Below are positions 37,304 to 64,000 of a stretch of 64,000 bases of DNA, one piece after another. The notes beneath the pieces are model-generated. The model searched no databases. It was not told where the DNA came from and saw only the letters and a list, made by a program, of their open reading frames with translations. Position 1 is the first letter of the stretch; each line of letters starts with the position of its first letter. Source of the stretch: the human T2T-CHM13v2.0 reference genome, Homo sapiens; assembly GCF_009914755.1 (NCBI RefSeq), contig NC_060943.1. One strand, written 5' to 3'. A program made the position numbers and the translations under genes.

Positions 37304-37479
37304 TAGTAGAGCCAGGGTTTCACCATGTTGCCCAGGCTGGTCTCAAACTCCTGAGCTGAGGCAATCGGAGGCAGGCGGATTGTCTTGAATCCAAAGTGCT
37401 GGGATTACAGGTGTGAGCCACTGCTCCTGGCCTAATTTTCTCATTTTTTATAAAGATAGAGTCTTGATGTGTTGCCTAG

Positions 37480-37797
<318 letters not shown>

Positions 37798-38308
37798 TAG
37801 CCAGAATGGGAAACCTAGCTTTTCTTTTTTTTTTACTTTTTTCTTTCTTTTCTTTTTTTTTTTTTTTTGTATTTTTAGTAGAGACAGTGTTTCACCATGT
37901 TGGCCAGGATGGTCTCGATCTCTTGACCTCGTGATCCACCCGCCTCAGCCTCCCAAAGTGCTGGGATTACAGGCGTCAGCCACCGCGCCTGGCCAGGGAA
38001 GCATAGCTTTTCTTAGGAGAGTGAGAAATAATACAACCCAAGCTCCTGCTGTATACCAGCCTTGTGCTGAGTTACATGCATCGTCTCCTTGAATCCTCAC
38101 TGGCCCTACAGAGGCCCATTTTACAGATGGTGCAAACTGAGGCTCAGAGATGTAAATGGTCTAGTGGTCCCTACAGCCTTGACAAGAGGGGACTCAAACC
38201 TTAGTCCGTCAGGCTCATTAACCTTGCCCCTAACCTCCGCACTGGCCTGTTCCCAGGCTCCTGGAACCATGGGCCTCAGGCCCTGAGGATACGGGGCTCC
38301 CGGTGGCC

Positions 38309-56465
<18,157 letters not shown>

Positions 56466-56908
56466 ATGCTGGGCTCTCCGGACCCTGCAGCAGAGAGGCC
56501 AGAGGTAGCTGGTGATACCCTGTCCTGTGGAAGGACTTCCACTTCAACACTTCCACTTCAACAGTTCCCGCACGGCCTGAACGCTTCTTAGGCCAAGAGA
56601 CACCATGCGGAGCCTAGTCTGTGATCCTGTGTGAAGATATTTTCAGGGTTTTTTTTTTTTTTTTTTGCATATGGAGGACAGGTGGACATGGTCCTGAGCT
56701 CTGGACGGAGCAGGCACCCTGATCTCATTCTGAGGTCCACATGGCACCTTCTGGGCCAGCAGCTGTGGCCGGTGTATCAAGGGCGCCCTTAAAGCTGGAA
56801 CATTCCAGCAAGCTTCTTGCGCTTCTCTGCACCCGGCAGGCCCACTTTCCTGGCACCCTCGACTTTATATAAAAGTTGCACTGCGTTTCAAAAACCCACC
56901 CCTGAATG

Positions 56909-56914
56909 AATAAA
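56909..56914 (+). terminator. MARCHF2 polyadenylation signal AATAAA
   Basis: AATAAA ~445 nt after the stop, followed by a GU/U-rich stretch (~56941-56957). A TATAAA variant lies at 56868-56873. Confidence 0.8.
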
Positions 56915-57009
56915 AGGAGCCCTGGCTGGACAAAATGGACTTGTCAGTTATGTTTCTCAAAGGAGGCCTCCCAGGGAGGGACCACATGGAGGTAAAAAAA
57001 TAACACTGG

Positions 57010-62310
<5,301 letters not shown>

Positions 62311-62461
62311 CCATTATTAGTGAATTTTAACAGTTTTCCGTTTCTTCTGGACGAACTGTTTGCAATTATAATGCGCATTACGGATAATACTCTGATATTA
62401 TTCCATGCCGTTCCGTTGTTGCCTACAAAGTTCGCGCTGGAGAACCGCGCAATTGCGTTAC

Positions 62462-62545
62462 AAAAAGAAAAAAATCACACAAAAAGACACAATGTTTTAA
62501 GAAAGTTTACGAATCGTGTGCCGGACCGCGGGTTGAACAAGCTTC
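62462..62545 (+). mobile_element. MER30-like (hAT-Charlie) DNA transposon terminal fragment
   Basis: AATGTTTTAAGAAAGTTTACGAAT...CCGCGGGTTGAACAAGCTT matches my recollection of the MER30 3' end, with an internal deletion. Confidence 0.55.
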
Positions 62546-62669
62546 ATCTAAAACTTCCAGGAATCTCTAGACAGGATCATTGCTTCCCCTCTGCTCCAGC
62601 TCTGGTTACAGAAAGCTGAGAGTGACTAGGTCTAGGTGTTTGTGTGGGGTGGGGTGGGGAGATGCCTCC

Positions 62670-63720
62670 TCTATCGGACTCAGAGGACGCGCGCCGGGAA
62701 CAGCCAGTCGGTGCCTAACGCGAGTGTATCTCGAGAGAGAAGCGATCAACAGCTGCCGGTCTGCGCCTGCGCGCGGCGGGGGCGTGGCCCGGGGCGAGTG
62801 GGGCCAAGCAGGCAGCCGGGAGCGGCGGGCGCAGGTGTTACTGGTTGCGTCGGGTCACGTGGGCGCGCAGGCGCAGCGCGGTGCAGCCCGTTCGCTCACA
62901 CAAAGCCCAGACGCGGAGAAAATGGCGGCAGGGGTCGAAGCGGCGGCGGAGGTGGCGGCGACGGAGATCAAAATGGAGGAAGAGAGCGGCGCGCCCGGCG
63001 TGCCGAGCGGCAACGGGGCTCCGGGCCCTAAGGGGTGAGTATCCCACGGTCCTTTGCCACGGGTAAGGGTTCCTCTCCGCGGCCGACGCGGGCGGCGGCT
63101 CCGTTAGGTCTGTTGGCGGCCTAGCCCCGGCGCGGCCTCGGCCCCGGCTGTTCCCGTACCGCCTGCTCAGGGTAGCGGCGTCCAGGGCCGTGAGCGGGGA
63201 GCCGGGGGAGCCTCCAGAATCGTCCCCTACACCGGGCCTCGAGCCTCGCCACCCTCCAGTCCCTCCAGGCCGGGGCCAACCCCGTAGTCGAGGCCTCAGG
63301 CCCAGCTGCTGCGCATGGGGGTTGATGGCGCGGGCCCGGACCGGAGAGCCTCCGAGGCCTACCCGACCGCTCCCCGGGAGGGTGACCTCGGGGGCCGGGT
63401 TTCAGCCCCCCGTCCCCTCTCCTCCCGGGGTCTGTTTTCTGATCCGTAACGTGGGGGGAGGAGAGGGGGTGCGCGCCCGGGAGGCCTCGCGCGCAGTCAG
63501 CCCGAGTCAACGGTAACCGAGCGAGGGAAGCGTCAGGAAGGGCCGCGAAGCCGGGTCGGGGGGCTCCCCTCCTGCCCCGCTCCTTAGTCCCCGCGCGCCG
63601 ACCGCGCTCCGCGGGAAGTGCCTCCCTCGGAACCGCCCCTCGCCCCACGCTCTGGCCCTGGCTCAAGTCCCTCGCCGTTTCCCGCTCCTCCTCCCCGGGT
63701 GCGCCGCAGGTATTAGTGGA
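62670..63720 (+). promoter_or_regulatory. HNRNPM CpG-island promoter
   Basis: NRF1-type TGCGCCTGCGC (62762-62772) with an inverse copy at ~62865, E-box GTCACGTG (62854-62861), and YY1-type AAAATGGCGGC over the start codon. Confidence 0.85.
62922..63034 (+). CDS. HNRNPM: Heterogeneous nuclear ribonucleoprotein M, coding exon 1 (gene continues beyond the window)
   Basis: Encodes MAAGVEAAAEVAATEIKMEEESGAPGVPSGNGAPGPKG, with aaaATGg start and donor GG|GTGAGT. Confidence 0.95.
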
Positions 63721-64000
63721 GAGATGGGATCTGCTGCTTAGCGTTCACCCTCGGAAGCAGACAGATACGAAGTCGGGGGAGGAATCCCCTTTTTCCCGTG
63801 TTTCGGGGAAGCTGTTCTGTCAGGAGGCGGGTTCATTTACTTCCAGACTTCATCAGCTTTTCGAGTCCTGCTTGGGGCTCTTTGACTCCTTGGCTTTTAA
63901 AAGTTTCTTTAAAGGAGGAAGCATCGACTTGTGCCCCGGTGAAACTCATTCATTCTGATTACAGACACTTAAGAGAGACAGAGAGGTTTTGGCTCCAAGA

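Noticed and set aside
62580-62921. 114-codon in-frame N-terminal extension of HNRNPM
   Set aside because: It begins at TTG upstream of the probable TSS and runs through GC-rich promoter sequence.

Overview
Human, GC-rich and extremely Alu-dense locus, recognisable from its proteins as 19p13.2. In order it holds: the 3' part of a defective ERV9/HERV9 provirus with its LTR12 3' LTR (1-3580); an older solo LTR with a 4-bp target-site duplication (3586-4653); the complete RAB11B gene (+, 5 coding exons, 218 aa), whose promoter overlaps the antisense lncRNA RAB11B-AS1; the complete MARCHF2 gene (+, non-coding exon 1 plus 4 coding exons, 246 aa); and exon 1 of HNRNPM (+). All exon boundaries were read from GT-AG sites and add up to intact reading frames. 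Most remaining ORF-track entries are Alu, L2 or GC-rich artefacts. I see no convincing wholly new biological system. The best leads are a second, divergent pol connection/RNase H remnant inside the ERV9 (mosaic provirus), a strong-Kozak uORF just before the MARCHF2 start, an LTR12 promoter facing RAB11B, a promoter-like block in RAB11B intron 1 suited to antisense transcription, no canonical polyA signal after RAB11B, and two AluY elements inverted only ~36 bp apart.
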